From: Hyaloraphidium curvatum SAG 235-1
Lineage: Eukaryota; Fungi; Monoblepharomycota
Reading direction: 5' to 3'
Length of the DNA stretch: 64,000 bases
Assembly: GCA_025558095.1 (NCBI GenBank)
Contig: JAIVFI010000034.1
Location: 186,001-250,000 of the forward strand
In this document: piece after piece, positions 34,424 through 46,967 of the stretch
Layout: the number at the start of each line of letters is the position of its first letter
How positions within the stretch are numbered: the stretch's first letter is position 1
Position numbers and translations under genes: made by a program
The notes under the pieces: generated by a model
Told to the model about the DNA's origin: nothing
Databases searched by the model: none
Seen by the model: only the letters and a program-made list of their open reading frames with translations

Positions 34424-35994
34424 ATGGACGCCGCCGCGGACGGCGGCGCCGCAATTGCGGGCCCAATGCCGCCGTTCTCCGCCGAGGAATGGGCGGCGCT
34501 GTTCCCGATGCCGCCTCGCGGCGGTACGGACCCGTCCGACGTGCCCAACGAACTGCGCGAGCTCGCGGCGCGGGTCGCGGAGGAGAGGGACGCGGCACCG
34601 CCGCTCACACGGGACGCGTTCTACGCGGGGCTCGAAGGGGCGCCGGCGGTGCGGCTACTCGCGCGACTCCGCGCGTTCCTGGCGCGAACGGTGCTGCCGC
34701 ACTACGGCCTTCTCAGACTGCTGCAGCAAGCGTTCACGCTGTTCTTCGTGGCGCTCGTGTGGATTGAGAACGATGGCCGGTTCGGTACCCGACAACTGAT
34801 CGTGGCCACGGTCGCCTACGTCTTGAGATTTGCCATTTGGGACTCGCGCGTTTTCGTCGGCTGGTTCGCCCCTTCCGAGAAAGACGTTTTTATGAGGCCC
34901 GACGACGCGACCAGCTCTGGCTCGTCTGCCGATGGCTACTTCCTTGCAGGCGTCGTCCGCTATCGCCAGATCGCGCAGGCCACCGGCACATGGCTCACCC
35001 AACATGTGCCGCGGGACTCCTTGTGCACTTGCCCGAGACCGAGCTGCACCGGGGGAGTTATCCGTGCCGTCTTCTTCTCCTACTCTGCGTCTGCCGTCTC
35101 AAGGGTGGTCGGGTACCTGTCCATTTACGTCGTGCTCTATGTTTGGACCCCTATCATCACCTTCGGCGCCTCAACCTGGTCGACGCCGTGGGCCGCCACG
35201 CTCTCGGTCGTCGGCATCGTCGTTATCTCGGTAATGGTGGCCATTGTGATCCTGGGAGGGGATGCCCGTAATGCGGCGGTGTCAGGGCTCGATACTAGAA
35301 TGCGCCGTCGCGCCGCCCAACGTTGTCTGGACGACTTGCTTGGACGACTCCATGACGCTCTCGCCCGCCCAGACGGGCCATGGAAGCCGCGTGATGCCAA
35401 GACGGAGCCCTATATGGCACTGCACGCTGCGCTTATCATGACCTGGAGGCAGACAAAAGCGGGTGCAGACGCCCGCCGCGCCGTTGCCTGGGCGGGTTTG
35501 CTTGGGGATTCGGTTGGGCTCCTCATTGTTACTGTGGGTTGCGGTGGCAAAACGTTCTTGAGGATCTGCGGACTCTGACGGCCCGTTCGCAGATCGGATC
35601 CTCTTGCATTCCCGCCAACCTACTCGCCGGGGTTCTGTTCCTTCTCTTGTTCTTGCTCGTCTTTGAAATCTCGGTCCTGGCCGCCGCCAACACTTCCCCC
35701 GACCGCATCGCCGCCCTGTACCGCTCCGCCTCGCACTCCCTCCGCTCCATCGGCGCCTCCGCCTCCGCCCGCGGCCGAACCGACCTCGCCACCTCCGCCC
35801 TTTGGCACGAGCGAATACTCACAGGCTTTGCTGACGTCGATCCGTATCGCGTCCGCGCGTTCGGCGTGCCCGTAACATACGATCTCACGCGCACGATCGT
35901 GGCGACGCTCTTCACCCTCGGGGTCGGGCTCTGGAGCGTGCTGCGTGGCGCTGGGGTGGGCGTGACGATCGAGATGGTGTGCCCAGTAAGTTGA
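34424..35994 (+). CDS. 7-TM membrane protein, GR/OR/DUF3537 (7TMIC)-like family, copy A
   Basis: FSAEEWAALFP, PLTRDAF, HVPRDSLCTCPRPSC, EPYMALH..W. Phase-0 intron 35534-35592, then IGSSCIP, AAAN..LYR, AFGVPVTYDLTRTIVATLFTLGVGLWSVLRGAGV..VCP. About 503 aa. Confidence 0.8.
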
Positions 35995-36146
35995 CGCTCG
36001 GCAGACGGGTTCGGATGAATTGGAGCTCAGCCTAGTTTACCGCTGTCTCAGTCCGCGGCATCTACTGGGTGACGCACCCGCTGCTTCACTAAGTGCAAAC
36101 AATTGAGGAGAGATGGCAGCGGCCTTCGGAGCTCCACTGCCACGGC

Positions 36147-37220
36147 ATGTGCCTCGACGCGCGGAGCTTTTGCATACGGCGCACGTGCGCTCATTGCGAG
36201 CGGCCCGGCGCCGAGCGCGCTTGCACCGCCTGCGGCTCGGTCCTCTACTGCAACAGGAGCTGCCAGCGCGAGCACTGGAAGGCGCACGCCCCCCTCTGCG
36301 CGGCGCTCAAGTGGCCGGTCGATTTCGCGTTCGTGCTTTCGCAAAGGATCAGCGCTACGCGGCCCGGTGGCTTCAGCTGCCCGATTTCCGAGCTGCTGGA
36401 CGATGCGGACTCGGCTTTCGGGTGCTTCGTCATGCTCCGGGTCCAGGTGGGCGGCGTCAAGACGGATTGGTCCGTCGAGGTGCTGCTGGACAAGGGCAAG
36501 GCGCACTGGCACGTTAAGGGCAAATGCCACCACCACATCTTCGGAAGCGCGACCAAGGAGACCGATGACGTGGCGGCCGCGCAGGACTCGGGCTCGGAAG
36601 GATCGACCTCGTCGGATTCGGAGGAATCGACGGCTGCCTCGGAAGCTTCCAACAACGGCTCGGAATTGGACAAATCTGACGAAGGATCTGACGAAGGATC
36701 GGCCGATACTGCGGCCCGAGAGCTCGCGGAGAAGGAGCGCGAGCGAGCCCTCAAGGTCCTCTCCATCCTCGGCCTCTCCGCCCCCCTGGCCTCATCCACC
36801 CCGTTCGTCGCCACCTCGCCTCTCCCCTTCTTCCCGGGGCCCAAGAACCAGGCCCGCTGCCGCCCGCCGGCGAACAGCGGCAAGGAAGAAGGCCTCAGCA
36901 AACGCGAAGCCCTGCTCGCCCCTATCCCGACCGACCTGCCCGCCCGCCCGACGAGCTATGCCATGCCGCCGACTGCCGAGATGTTCAACTGTCCCGGTGG
37001 TGCTCCGCTGTTTGCCAAGAAGGGGGATGCGGTGGCGTCGGCGTGGTTCGCTGCGGCGGAGGTCGGAAACGTGCTCAGGATGGCAGAAGAGGAGAGGGCG
37101 GCGCTGGTGGAGGTTAATCTGCGCACGGGGATCTCCAGGGTCCTGGTGAGGGAGGGGTGGAAGGTCCTGAGGCTCGCGGAGGGCGTGGTGGAGGCGCTGA
37201 GGGAGGCGATCGCTGCTTGA
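36147..37220 (+). CDS. MYND-type zinc finger protein
   Basis: CAHC..ACTAC..LYCNRSCQREHWKAHAPLC near the N-terminus, with an acidic Ser-rich linker downstream. Start codon uncertain. Confidence 0.8.
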   Translation: MCLDARSFCIRRTCAHCERPGAERACTACGSVLYCNRSCQREHWKAHAPLCAALKWPVDFAFVLSQRISATRPGGFSCPISELLDDADSAFGCFVMLRVQVGGVKTDWSVEVLLDKGKAHWHVKGKCHHHIFGSATKETDDVAAAQDSGSEGSTSSDSEESTAASEASNNGSELDKSDEGSDEGSADTAARELAEKERERALKVLSILGLSAPLASSTPFVATSPLPFFPGPKNQARCRPPANSGKEEGLSKREALLAPIPTDLPARPTSYAMPPTAEMFNCPGGAPLFAKKGDAVASAWFAAAEVGNVLRMAEEERAALVEVNLRTGISRVLVREGWKVLRLAEGVVEALREAIAA

Positions 37221-38247
37221 GTGCCCGGGCCGGTTCGGAGTGCGTCTTCTGACAGATCCGTTTGAGTAGCTTACCATCGTAGCAGTAGATTGATTTCATG
37301 CTTTTCGGCCCTCTTGCACGGTTCATAGCGGTCCTCACCGAGGAGGATGGAAGGGAGCGAGGAATCGAGGTAGGGGAAGGACATGGAGCGGTCCCTTCCT
37401 CTTCTCAATTCCATTTCAACTGCCTATACTCTGTCTCGAGATTGCTCACGGGCCAGAGACAGTGAGGGGCTGAAGGAAACGCCCCGCGCACCCACTTGCC
37501 ACGCCTTCCTAGCGCGATCGGCCGGGCAGTCTGAACGGCAGGGGCGAGCTGGGCTTCCCGCGCACGCAGATGCATTGCGGCAATTGTGAATGATCCGCCT
37601 ACATTGTCCAGGGCGCATTTCGAGAGGTTGAGTCCCGGACCCAATGAGGTCGCGCACCGTTCAGGGTCCTGCGGCCGACATGCCGACAAACGTATCCCCC
37701 CGTCGGCAAGCGCGTGGGAGCGAAGGGCGCGGAAACCAAGCGGCGGAAAGAGTTTCTGGGAAGTGCTAGTCTATAGCTGGTGTGATCCGAGCCGGCATTC
37801 GCGCGCCCATTGGTCATTGGCGGCACGACATGACGCGGGTTCCGAGGTGGGGGACAGTCTACGGAAGGGTGGCCATCGGCGGGCCGGCAGCCGCTTTCGG
37901 GCCCAGCTTTATTCCCCGAGGGACATGAAACTTCACGCTTGCTTTGCGCGGTGTCAAATTGCGCCTTCGTGGGGCACCGAGTCGGGGCAATGATGTGCGT
38001 GTATGGCGCGATCGATCGGGCGCCCGGGGGAAAACCGCCGAGACCGCCGTCCATAGGGGAGGGAAGGCTACTCCGACGCCGGCTGCAATTCGGAACCAAC
38101 TCTGATAACGTTGTCCGGCAGTCCGAGCTGGGATTCGGCGACGTACCAGGTGTGCGGGAATGAGCTGCGCTTTTGGAAATATTGGCCCACGGCGGCTGCG
38201 GGTCCACGCGGTCCCGACTCGCTCGTGACCTTCCTCTCCCCCGCAAC

Positions 38248-38731
38248 ATGCCGACAAAAGCGCTCGAGGCGGCGGTTCCGCCTCTGCCGCCTGCGACGCC
38301 GCCGCCGCCGTACTCGCTGCGCGACGAGGAGCCGCGGCGGAGGGCGTGGCGGCGCGCGCTGTCGCTGATGACGCTGGCCGCCCTGCTCGTCGCCGGCTTC
38401 CTCCTCGGAATGGCCGTCGAGCGCGAGGTAACCCCCGCGAACCGCGGCATTAAACACATCGCTAACCGCATCGTACGTCTCCGCCCCGCCGCGGCGCCCG
38501 CACGCCCCCGCGCAGCTGGCCGCCCGCCGCGACCCGGACCCGCCGCCGGCAGACAACAACTTCGTCGCCGCGCTGTCGGCCTCGCTGCCGCCGCCCGCGT
38601 ACTGCCCGCTGCATCGCACCGCACACGGCCGCCACTCGGCCGCGGGCTGGACAATCGAAGTAACCACCGAGATCGACGGGTCCGAAGGGCCCCAGGTGTA
38701 CAGGCTGGGTAGCGACAATCGCGCCCTCTGA
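38248..38731 (+). CDS. Small single-pass membrane protein with PPxY motifs (2 exons)
   Basis: MPTKALE..PPPPYS..TM (ALSLMTLAALLVAGFLLGMAV). A phase-0 intron at 38428-38515 gives a 131-aa product ending ..SDNRAL*. Confidence 0.5.
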
Positions 38732-38992
38732 GCGGACAGCAGTCATTGTACGGACGCATCAGTGCTGGCCGCCGCCGAGGGTCGTGGCTGCCGCGCCAAT
38801 GGCGCCGTTTGGATGGCTTGCTGGCTTCATCAGCTTCTCGTCTCCCGTCTCACTCATTCCCGGACTCGGACTTCTCTGTTCATTTTGGATTGGGTCCCGC
38901 TAATGGGACCCCGCTGTAACTACTGTGTGTCTTACCCCCGTGTACATTAGCAGGCCCCACGGTTCGGCCAACCTTGTACAGATCGTTGATGA

Positions 38993-41900
38993 TCAAGATC
39001 CTTTCTCCTCCCCACCTGCCCCCCGGCACGCGCCCAGCCGCTCATCGAACCACGCCATGATCAGCTCGTACAGCTCCCGGGTCGCCTTGCCCCCTTGCGC
39101 GGCCATCGAGTGGTCGGAATCCGGGAACGGCTGGGCGCGCCACGCGGAGGCCGGCACGCCGTTCTGGACCAGGCGCGCCAGCAGCGCCGCCGCGTTCTGG
39201 AAGTGCACGTTGTCTGCCCGGGATCCGTCTCAGCTTTGCCGTCGCCTCTGGAGCCCGCACGACCGGGGAGACTCACCGTCCGCGGTCCCGTGGGCGATCA
39301 GCGTCCCCCCTCTTGCCCATCCCTGCCCCTCGCCCTTGACGATCCCCTCCTCGTAACCACTGGCGTTCTCCGTGGGCATACCCAGGTACCTCTCCGCGTA
39401 CGCACTATCATATAGCCGCCAATCCGTCACGGGCGCCACCGCCGCCGCTGCCCGGAAGAACCCGGTGTCGCTCTCGACCACCTTGAGCGTCAGGTAACCC
39501 CCGAAGCTCCATCCCCAGAGCGCCATCCTCCCGGCATCCACGTACGGCAGGCGCGCCAGCTCCCCCGCGGCGCGGAGCACGTCGCGCGCCTCGAGCTGGC
39601 CGAGGCGGCCCGCCACGGCGGACTGGAAAGCGCGCCCGCGGCCGAAGGTGCCCCTGCCGTCGACGGCAAACACGACGAAGGGGTCGGAGGGGTCCGAGGC
39701 GAGGGCTGCGTGGAAGCCCAGGGCGAAGGAGGGGGAGGCGGCCTGCGAAGCCGGCCCGCCATAAACCCGGACGAGCGCGCGGTATCTGGTCGCCCCCGTG
39801 GGCTCGAAGCCGGGCGGGCGGAGTTCGGTGGCGGAGACGACGATGGCGGGGTCACGGTCGGTGGCCGGGAGGGGAAGCTCGAAGGTGCGGAGGCTCGGGA
39901 GGTCGAAGTCCTCGAGGGCGAGGCGCAAGGGAGCGTTGAGCTCGCCGGGAATCCGGGCGCCAGAGCCAGCGAGGCGGATGATTTCGGTAAAGGGAATCGA
40001 AGGGCCGAGGTACGAGAGGGGGAGGTACTCCCCGCGCGGGGATAATCTGCGCACGAAGAAGCAAGAAGGTGGCATGGCCGCGGCGTTGCGGGGCGCGATG
40101 TGGCGGGAGGCCGACAGGGAGCCCGTCAGTGATTGTAGAATAGAATGACCCGACTTCCCCTGCCGGAGCGGGAACGATGGCGGCTCGTCCGATTGCGAGA
40201 GCAGCCGCAGGCGGGGTCGATCGCCGTGCTGCCGATCCTCGAGGTTGACAGTCCACACGTGACGCTCCATTCCCGACACCGCCACAACCGGCGCCGCGTA
40301 CGCCTCCGGCGTGAGCGTTGCCTCGATCACGAGCTCCGTGCCGTTGGAAAAGCCGGCGATCGCCGTCGCGTCCCACCCGCTGCCCCAAGTGATCCAGCGG
40401 TCCACGCCCTTGGACCGCGGCGACTCGACCAGGGCGACGTGCTGCCGTCCGTCACCTGGCCTCGTGGCCAGAAACGCGTGCCGCCCGCTGCCGAGCATCA
40501 CAGGCGGGCCGAGCTCGACCCACGCCCCGTCCTCTGCCGCAAACTCGCGCACCGCAGCCGCAACCCACATCCCCTTCCCCGTGTCCCACGATACCAGGAG
40601 CTCCTTGATCGTTAGCTGCACCCTGTCCGCAGTCCGCAGCAGCAGCTCGGCGCCGCCTTCCTCCCTCCAATCTCCTTTCAGCTCGCCGGGGTACCAAGCC
40701 GCCTCGAGCACGTAAAAGTCTGTGCCGCCCCATGCCTCCTCGATCCCAAAGACCCTGCCCAGCAGCCCCCCGCCCCCGAACCCGCGGTCCCAGATCCACA
40801 TCCCAACGCTTGGATTCGCCGTGCCCGCCTTCGGGTACCGGAGCTCGACGGTCTCGGGGTACTGCGCCGTGCCGTAGATGGGTATCTCCACCGTGCCGAC
40901 CTGCCCGACGTCGGTCCGCAGGAAGGCCATGAGCGGCGCAGAAGGGTGCGGCCATAGCGCCGACGTGCGTTCGAAGATCTCCTCCTCGTAGAGCCAGTCC
41001 GCAACGCCGTTGTACACGGTCGGCGAGCCGTCGTTGGTGACGGGAAACGGTTGGCCTAAAGGTAGAGCGAGCTCGTGCACGTTGTTCCCGGCGACAAATA
41101 CGAGGTGCGGCGAAGAAGGGTGGAACTCTGCATGCTGGATCCGCATGTTGGCGGCGTCCGAGGTTTCGTTGCCGAGCACGGGGAAACAGCTGCCCGAGCC
41201 TTGAAGGGAGACGGGGCACACAAAGTAGTTGGAAGCGTGGGAGTGCCGCCGGCGCTTTTCGCGGCGGGTTTCGATCAGGAGCAAGATGCCAAGATCGGCA
41301 TAGCTCGGCGAGGGGACGAAAGAAGTCACGCCAGCTCGTGAGTCTCCGTCGGCCTTTCGGGACACGATGAGGAGAGGTCAACGAGGAGTCCGTTTGGTCC
41401 TCACCGCTTTGGGTAGCTGCTCGCTCCGCAGCACCACCCGCAGCTCCCCGTCCCTCTCCGGCACCCACTCATCGCCCTCTTTCCCGCTCCATATCCGCCC
41501 GTCCCCGGCGTTTCCGAGCACGAAATCCCCACTCGTTGCGTTCTGGACGAGGTAGTAACCGTCGCGGTCGTTCCACTCCACCCAGACGACCCCCGGGGTG
41601 CCCGCAGAGGGAAAGGCGGGATCAAACGCGTCCGAGAGGGTGTACCGTCGGCGCGTTCCGTTGACAGGCGGTCGCACAGGGGCTTGAGACGTCGATGACA
41701 GGTCTCGTTGTGCGAAGAAACCTGCGGTCGTGGCGGTCCACCTTGGCATAGAGCCCCAGACTCCTTACGAAGACACGCCAACGCACCTAGCAAATGCGAC
41801 AACGCGAAGCCGATTGCGGTTCCCGCGACAAGGAGGACGAGTGCCTCGATCCGCGTCCCGCGCCAGCGGGGTTTCCACCACCGCCGCGACCGCGCGATTA

Positions 41901-42132
41901 CCGGTCCCAGCAAACCGAACCGCGCGTCCAAGGCGTCCGTCTTCGTGAGAAGCGCGTCTCCGCCGAAGTCGACGTCGACGAACGCGTCGCGGCCCAAGAG
42001 AGGCGATGACGCGTCGCTCGCGACTTCGTCGGCAGAGGTCCGGAACAGACCGCGACGCGCTTCCGGTGGCGACCTGGTCTTCATGGGGACCAGAGAGCTC
42101 GCCTCGCCGCGTTCCGAGGAGACTGCGGCCAT
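38993..42132 (-). CDS. Dipeptidyl aminopeptidase, peptidase S9B (DPP IV / Ste13-Dap2-like), type II membrane
   Basis: N-terminal TM, NGVADWLYEEEI, YPKAGTANP, VYGGPASQ, DGRGT, WGWSFGG, VAPVTDWRLYDSAYAERYLG, HGTAD|DNVHFQN and FPDSDHSM. Confidence 0.95.
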
Positions 42133-42253
42133 GTTTGGGGCTGACCGCTCGGAGGAATCGGAGTTCCGAGCGGCCAGCAAGGGAACGTCGCGCCGCAGAT
42201 CCATCGCGTCGAATCACCTTCGGTCTGTCTCCCTTGCCCATCGCGGCTTGGAA

Positions 42254-43057
42254 ATGGCTCCTGTCATCATCGTTGCGGGTGCCGGCCCCGGTATCTCCGC
42301 TGGCGTCGCCGAGAAGTGGGCGGCGAACGGACACAATGTCGCGCTCCTTTCGCGAACCCAGTCGAAGCTCGACGAGATGGCCAAAGGTGGGATTCTGTGA
42401 AGAACTAGGGCCGCGATCAAGTGACAATGCTCCTGCGAGCAGAGATCGGTGCCAAGAGCCCGGGCGTGAAGGTCAAAGGCTTCGCCGTGGACCTCAGCGA
42501 CAGCAACGCCGTTGCAGAGGTCCTGGAGATCGTCAAGAGCGATCTCGGACCCGTCAGCGTCATCCACTGGAACGCGTTCGGCCCCTCCAAGAGCCTCCTC
42601 GCGGCGACTCCCGAGGACATCTCTTCGACCATGACCGTAGCCGTCAGCAACCTTCTGGTCGCCGTGCAGAAATGCCTTCCCGATCTTGAGGCAGCCAAGG
42701 GCGGCGTCCTGATAACTGGTGGCGGGCTGTCGCTCGAAACCGACGGCAGTGTGACCATGGCCGTCAACTACGGTATCGGCACGCTGGCGCTCGCCAAGGC
42801 GGTTCAGCGGAAAATGACCCACATTCTCCATGTCGATCTCGAGAAGAAGGGGATCTACGTGGCGGAGGTCACCGTCTGCGGCGCTGTCAAAGGTGGGCTG
42901 ACACCGTCACGTGCGCATCTTCATGCTTGAACCTGCTTCTTCAGGGACGCCGTTCGCCGGACCGGAGGGCGGGATCCCGAGGGAAAAGATCGCGGACTTG
43001 TTCTGGGATCTCTACTCGGCACGGGACCCGAAAGTGTGGAACAAGCCCATCATGTGA
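42254..43057 (+). CDS. Short-chain dehydrogenase/reductase (atypical, NAD(P)-binding Rossmann fold)
   Basis: VIIVAGAGPGISAGVA, VALLSRTQSKL, FAVDLS, VLITGGG, LAKAVQR, GIYVAEVTVCG. Two introns. Confidence 0.85.
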
Positions 43058-43097
43058 TCGGTGTTGCAATCGATCTGCTTTTGGCCCCCCTCTGGAG

Positions 43098-44848
43098 CTA
43101 CTTGCCGGCAGCCTTGAGCTTTTCAACGCACTTGACCACCTCCGTGACCAACGCGACATTCCTCCAGTCCCCGCCCAGCCCAGCAAGCAGCTTGTTCTGG
43201 ACGTAACCGACGGAAATCTTGTGGTTCTTCTCCCACTGGAAGAGCATGCCACCGTACCTAGAAACAGTCAGCGACAGTCAAGCGAGCGCGGGAATGCACT
43301 CACCCGAACCATCCTCGCCACTCCCAGCCCTCGCCGATCTGGTCCTCAGAGTACAGGCTCTTGGGAGGCTGGACTGTGATGTCGTACCGACTCTGCGGGA
43401 TCTTCTTGCCCGCGGGTCCCTTTGCCCAACCCCCGACGAGGTAGTTGTTCATTTGGCCAAGGCACATGTCGACGAGATCCTTCGTTCGCGGGTCTTCTTC
43501 CTCGGCTTTTGCCAGTGTCTTGGGAGAAATGAAGTCCGGGAGCTCGGGAAGGGAGCCGCCGTTGGCCATGAGCGCGCCGAGTTTGGCCAGCTTCGAGACG
43601 TCATGAGCACGGCCCAGGAGAAGAAGCGTGAAAAGCCCACCGATTTCGCGTTGGTAACGTGGTATCCGCTGGGGACCTCGGCAGTCAAACCCCACTTGTT
43701 GTTGGAGCCCACGGTTGTTTCGTTCGCCGGCGAGTCAGGAAGGCGCGGGATCGACTGGATCAGAGCCTTGTAGAACCGGCCGTTGGGGTCGCCGCCGGCG
43801 ATCTTCATCATCCCTGTGAGACCGGGGTGCTCAAAGACCTGCGACGTCGACGGGAGGAGGGACTCGGGGAGGCCGCAGTGGAGCTGTGTGCCGAGGGCGG
43901 GGTTGACCTTCTCGCGGAGGATCCGTCCGTTGGTTTCCTTCTTGTCGGTCACCCGCCGCACGAGCCTGTGATTAGCCATGGAAGTTAGGCCAGGCGCGAG
44001 GACGTTGCAGAGGTTGCGTACTCGTTGAGGTACCACTGTTGGACAGGGAGCAACAATGAGCAGCGGACAAGACGCTGCAGACGGACACTCTCACCCCGCG
44101 CGTAATGGCATGGTCTGGCGTCGAAAGCGCAGCGGTATAGTCAGGTGAAGCGTCGTCGCAACGAGTCTTCGCAACTCACAGCTCTTGACGAGCTTGCCGT
44201 CGTTGTTGTGCTTTTGCCGAGCCACCTTCGCCGCGAGCTTGTCCAGATCGTGCAGCTCCTCCTTGGTCGGCACGTTCTCAAGGTCCAAATGCTCCACCCC
44301 GCCACTGTGCATCAGGAGATCCCGAACCAGCACGCCTTCCTTGCCGCCCTGGGCGAATTCGGGCCAGTAGTGCGCCACAGGCTTGTCGTAGTCCAGCAAG
44401 CCACGGCTGACGAGGTGTGCAATGGTAATGGCCATGATCTGGAAGGTGGGAGGCAGGAGTCGTGAGCGGCCGAAGGGGGACAACATCTTGCAGACTCCCT
44501 ACGGTCTTCCCGGCAGAGTGAATGACCTGGATCGTGTCCTCCGTGTACGGCTTGGTCTTTTCCTCGTCGCACCAGCTGTTCACAGTGCGCGTTAGCCGCT
44601 TGTCCCCACTCGCTGTCTCCCGGGCGTTCACGCACCCGGCCGTCAAGGAAACGACCTCTTTCCCGTCCACGAAAACCACGAAGGATGAGCCGAGCTCTTG
44701 TTCATCATTCGGATGGGGTTCGAAGTGCTTCACGAACACGTCCTTGACCGATTCGAAGCCAGGCGCCCTAAAGGGAGGCAACGTTGAACTTCGAGCGCTC
44801 CCGGGGATCCCGACAAACCAACACTCGGGCCACGAGATTTGTAGCCAT
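43098..44848 (-). CDS. Beta-lactamase/transpeptidase-like serine hydrolase (family VIII esterase type)
   Basis: APGFESVKDVF, SxxK motif HSAGKT, LDYDKPVAHYWPEFAQGGKEGVLVRDLLMHSGG, AEVPS, WFG|.YGG. Multiple introns. Confidence 0.88.
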
Positions 44849-45008
44849 GGCAATCGATGTGTGTCCTGGCCCTGCCGTCGGAAGCCGTCTTCTTGAAACG
44901 TGAGTCGGGGGATCGCCACAAGGTGCCGCTTTGCCGCACCCCCCGCCGCGGGCGCGCGCGTCCCGGCACGGGACCAAAGAACCGCAACGGCAATCCCCCG
45001 GCCCCGCG

Positions 45009-46818
45009 ATGCCGCCGAAGAAAACCAAGAAGAAGGAGGCGCCCTCCGCTGTCGTGAGTTGCGACCAGTTGGCGGCGGCGTCGCGGCGCGAAGGCGCGAA
45101 CGCGGCCCTGTCTCGCGGTGGAAGGGTCGGAGTTGCTCGACACCACGCGAAACGGCCCTGGCTGCCGGTCAGACCGCGTTCTGTTGCCCCCGCTGACTCT
45201 ACTGTCTCTTCAGCAGCGCGCCGGCAATGTCATCGAGGACCCCGTGCTCAGAATGGTGGAGGCTCTACCTCGGGAAGTGCTGAACAGCATTGTGGCCGCG
45301 GCAGTCAAGGAAGGCGCGGTCATCACTGCCGATCAGATCTCTACGAATCTGCAGGTCGCGCGGGCGCGCGGAATCGGAGAGCTGGCGTCGGAGGTCCGCG
45401 GCCATCGCGTTATCCGCCTCCTTCACGTTCTCACAACCTCCGACAGATCCTCGTGGCCATCTTCCGCTACTTGCCGATTCGCGACAGGATCCTCGTTGTG
45501 CGCGCGTGCCGCCACTTTCGGCAGCTGTCATCTCAAGGAGTGTTTGACGAGGTGCGGTTTCTGAAGGTCCCGACGCGCAAGGAGCTCCACGAGTGGGTAC
45601 CATTCTCGGTGCTTCTTGACTTTGATGCTTACGACTCCTCCTTCGTGCCCAGTCCATTCGCCTGGATGAAGAAGCACACCGTTTCGGCTTTCCTGCGCTC
45701 GCTGCCGAACGGAACCGTCAAGTCGCTCACAGTCCACCACCACACGCTTTCGCCCGCCAGCCTTGCCAGCCTCGCAAGGAATGAGCTCTCTGCACTGACT
45801 GAGGTTTGTCGCTGGGACCCTCAAACCTTTTTGCTTTGCTGATTGGGCTCGCAGCTCAACCTCGTCGGGACCCACTTCCTGCACAAGTTCAACGGGATAA
45901 ACCGAATCTCGTTCCCCAGCCTCCGCAAGTTCCGCGTCATGGATTACCAGAATCACCGCGGAAACGCGACGTCCGCCATTCCCCAAGGCTTCGTGGAGTT
46001 TCTCCAGAAGCACGACACGCTGCAGGAGATCTTTGTCGAGCTGTCGCTGGCCGGCGAAGCGGGGCAGGCGCTCCTCTCCGGCGATCCGAGCAAGTTTGCC
46101 CTCAACAAGAGCTTGAGGGTGCTCCGCGCGGAATGCTCCATCTCGCTGGACCAATTCACGAACATCCTGCTCACGTTCCCGAACCTGGTTGAGCTCGAAA
46201 TCTCCGGTCTGCACCTTAATGGCCATGCTACGCAGCAGAAGGAGGTCTCCCTTCCGGGCAACGGCTTCATGACGATGCGCATTCCTTTCCTATCCGAGGA
46301 GAGGCTCAACGAGCTGGCGGCGCTGCGGGCGCAGAAGCAGATGGCTCGGCTGCAGAAGCTCACGATCCACGAGAGCGCCTACGGATACGGCTACGGCTTC
46401 GGCGACACCAACTGCTCCTGCCACTTCGTCGGGCAGACCGTCGGGCCGTCGCTCGAGACGCTGGAGTACTTCTCGCACCGGATGATTTCGAGCTCTTTCG
46501 TCGGCCAGTTCCCCGCCCTTCGCCGCTTGCGCGTCCTGCAGCCTTCCGTCAGCTGGTATTCTCACAACATCCCGTCGCCTGCCAAGCCCTTCGCCGGTTT
46601 CGATGCTCCGGGACTGGAAGAGCTCGTCCTCTTTGGCAAAATGCCTTCCTGGAAAGAAGAAGTCCTTCGCCCGTATCTGGCTCCGGAGGCAAAGGTTCGT
46701 AGCTGGATGGGGGCTTGTGCTCGACCTTGATCTGACTGGTCCTGTCAAGGTGACGATCACCCGAGCCGACAGGAAGGAGACGAGGCTGGAGGACAAGGCT
46801 TGGCTGATTTGGCTGTAG
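45009..46818 (+). CDS. F-box protein with LRR-like C-terminus
   Basis: ELASE|ILVAIFRYLPIRDRILVVRACRHFRQL (F-box). LRR-like units FPSLRKFRV, SLRVLRA, FPNLVELEISG, FPALRRLRV, PGLEELVL. Confidence 0.75.
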
Positions 46819-46967
46819 ATTCAACTCAGGTCGATCATTCGTTTCATGATGACAGATTCCTAGAGATCTTCTCTTTCCCTTCGAGAGTTTCACTGTTGCG
46901 TTTGTGCGCGACCGCAGTGCCGCCACCGGCTCGACAAACAGGCGTCTCCCGCTTCTGTCCCCCAGCA

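Noticed and set aside
31486-34608. 1040-aa ORF that appears to fuse the Sel1 region to the ABCA transporter
   Set aside because: The upstream part is an off-frame, Arg/Pro-rich read of the Sel1 gene. The ABCA-type N-terminus starts at 33258.
37221-38247. 1-kb lower-GC intergenic stretch (also 54632-55536 and 62891-63383) as a possible transposon or ncRNA
   Set aside because: I could not see terminal repeats, target-site duplications, transposase motifs or a tRNA/snRNA pattern. An Infernal/Rfam and RepeatModeler run would be needed to exclude them.
38892-38911. GGGTCCC-N6-GGGACCC hairpin between convergent genes
   Set aside because: A 7-bp stem is expected by chance at this GC content, and intrinsic terminators do not apply to a eukaryotic Pol II locus.
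43098-44848. Antibiotic-resistance beta-lactamase
   Set aside because: The motifs fit the widespread family VIII esterase/serine-hydrolase group and the gene is intron-rich. There is no evidence for lactam hydrolysis.
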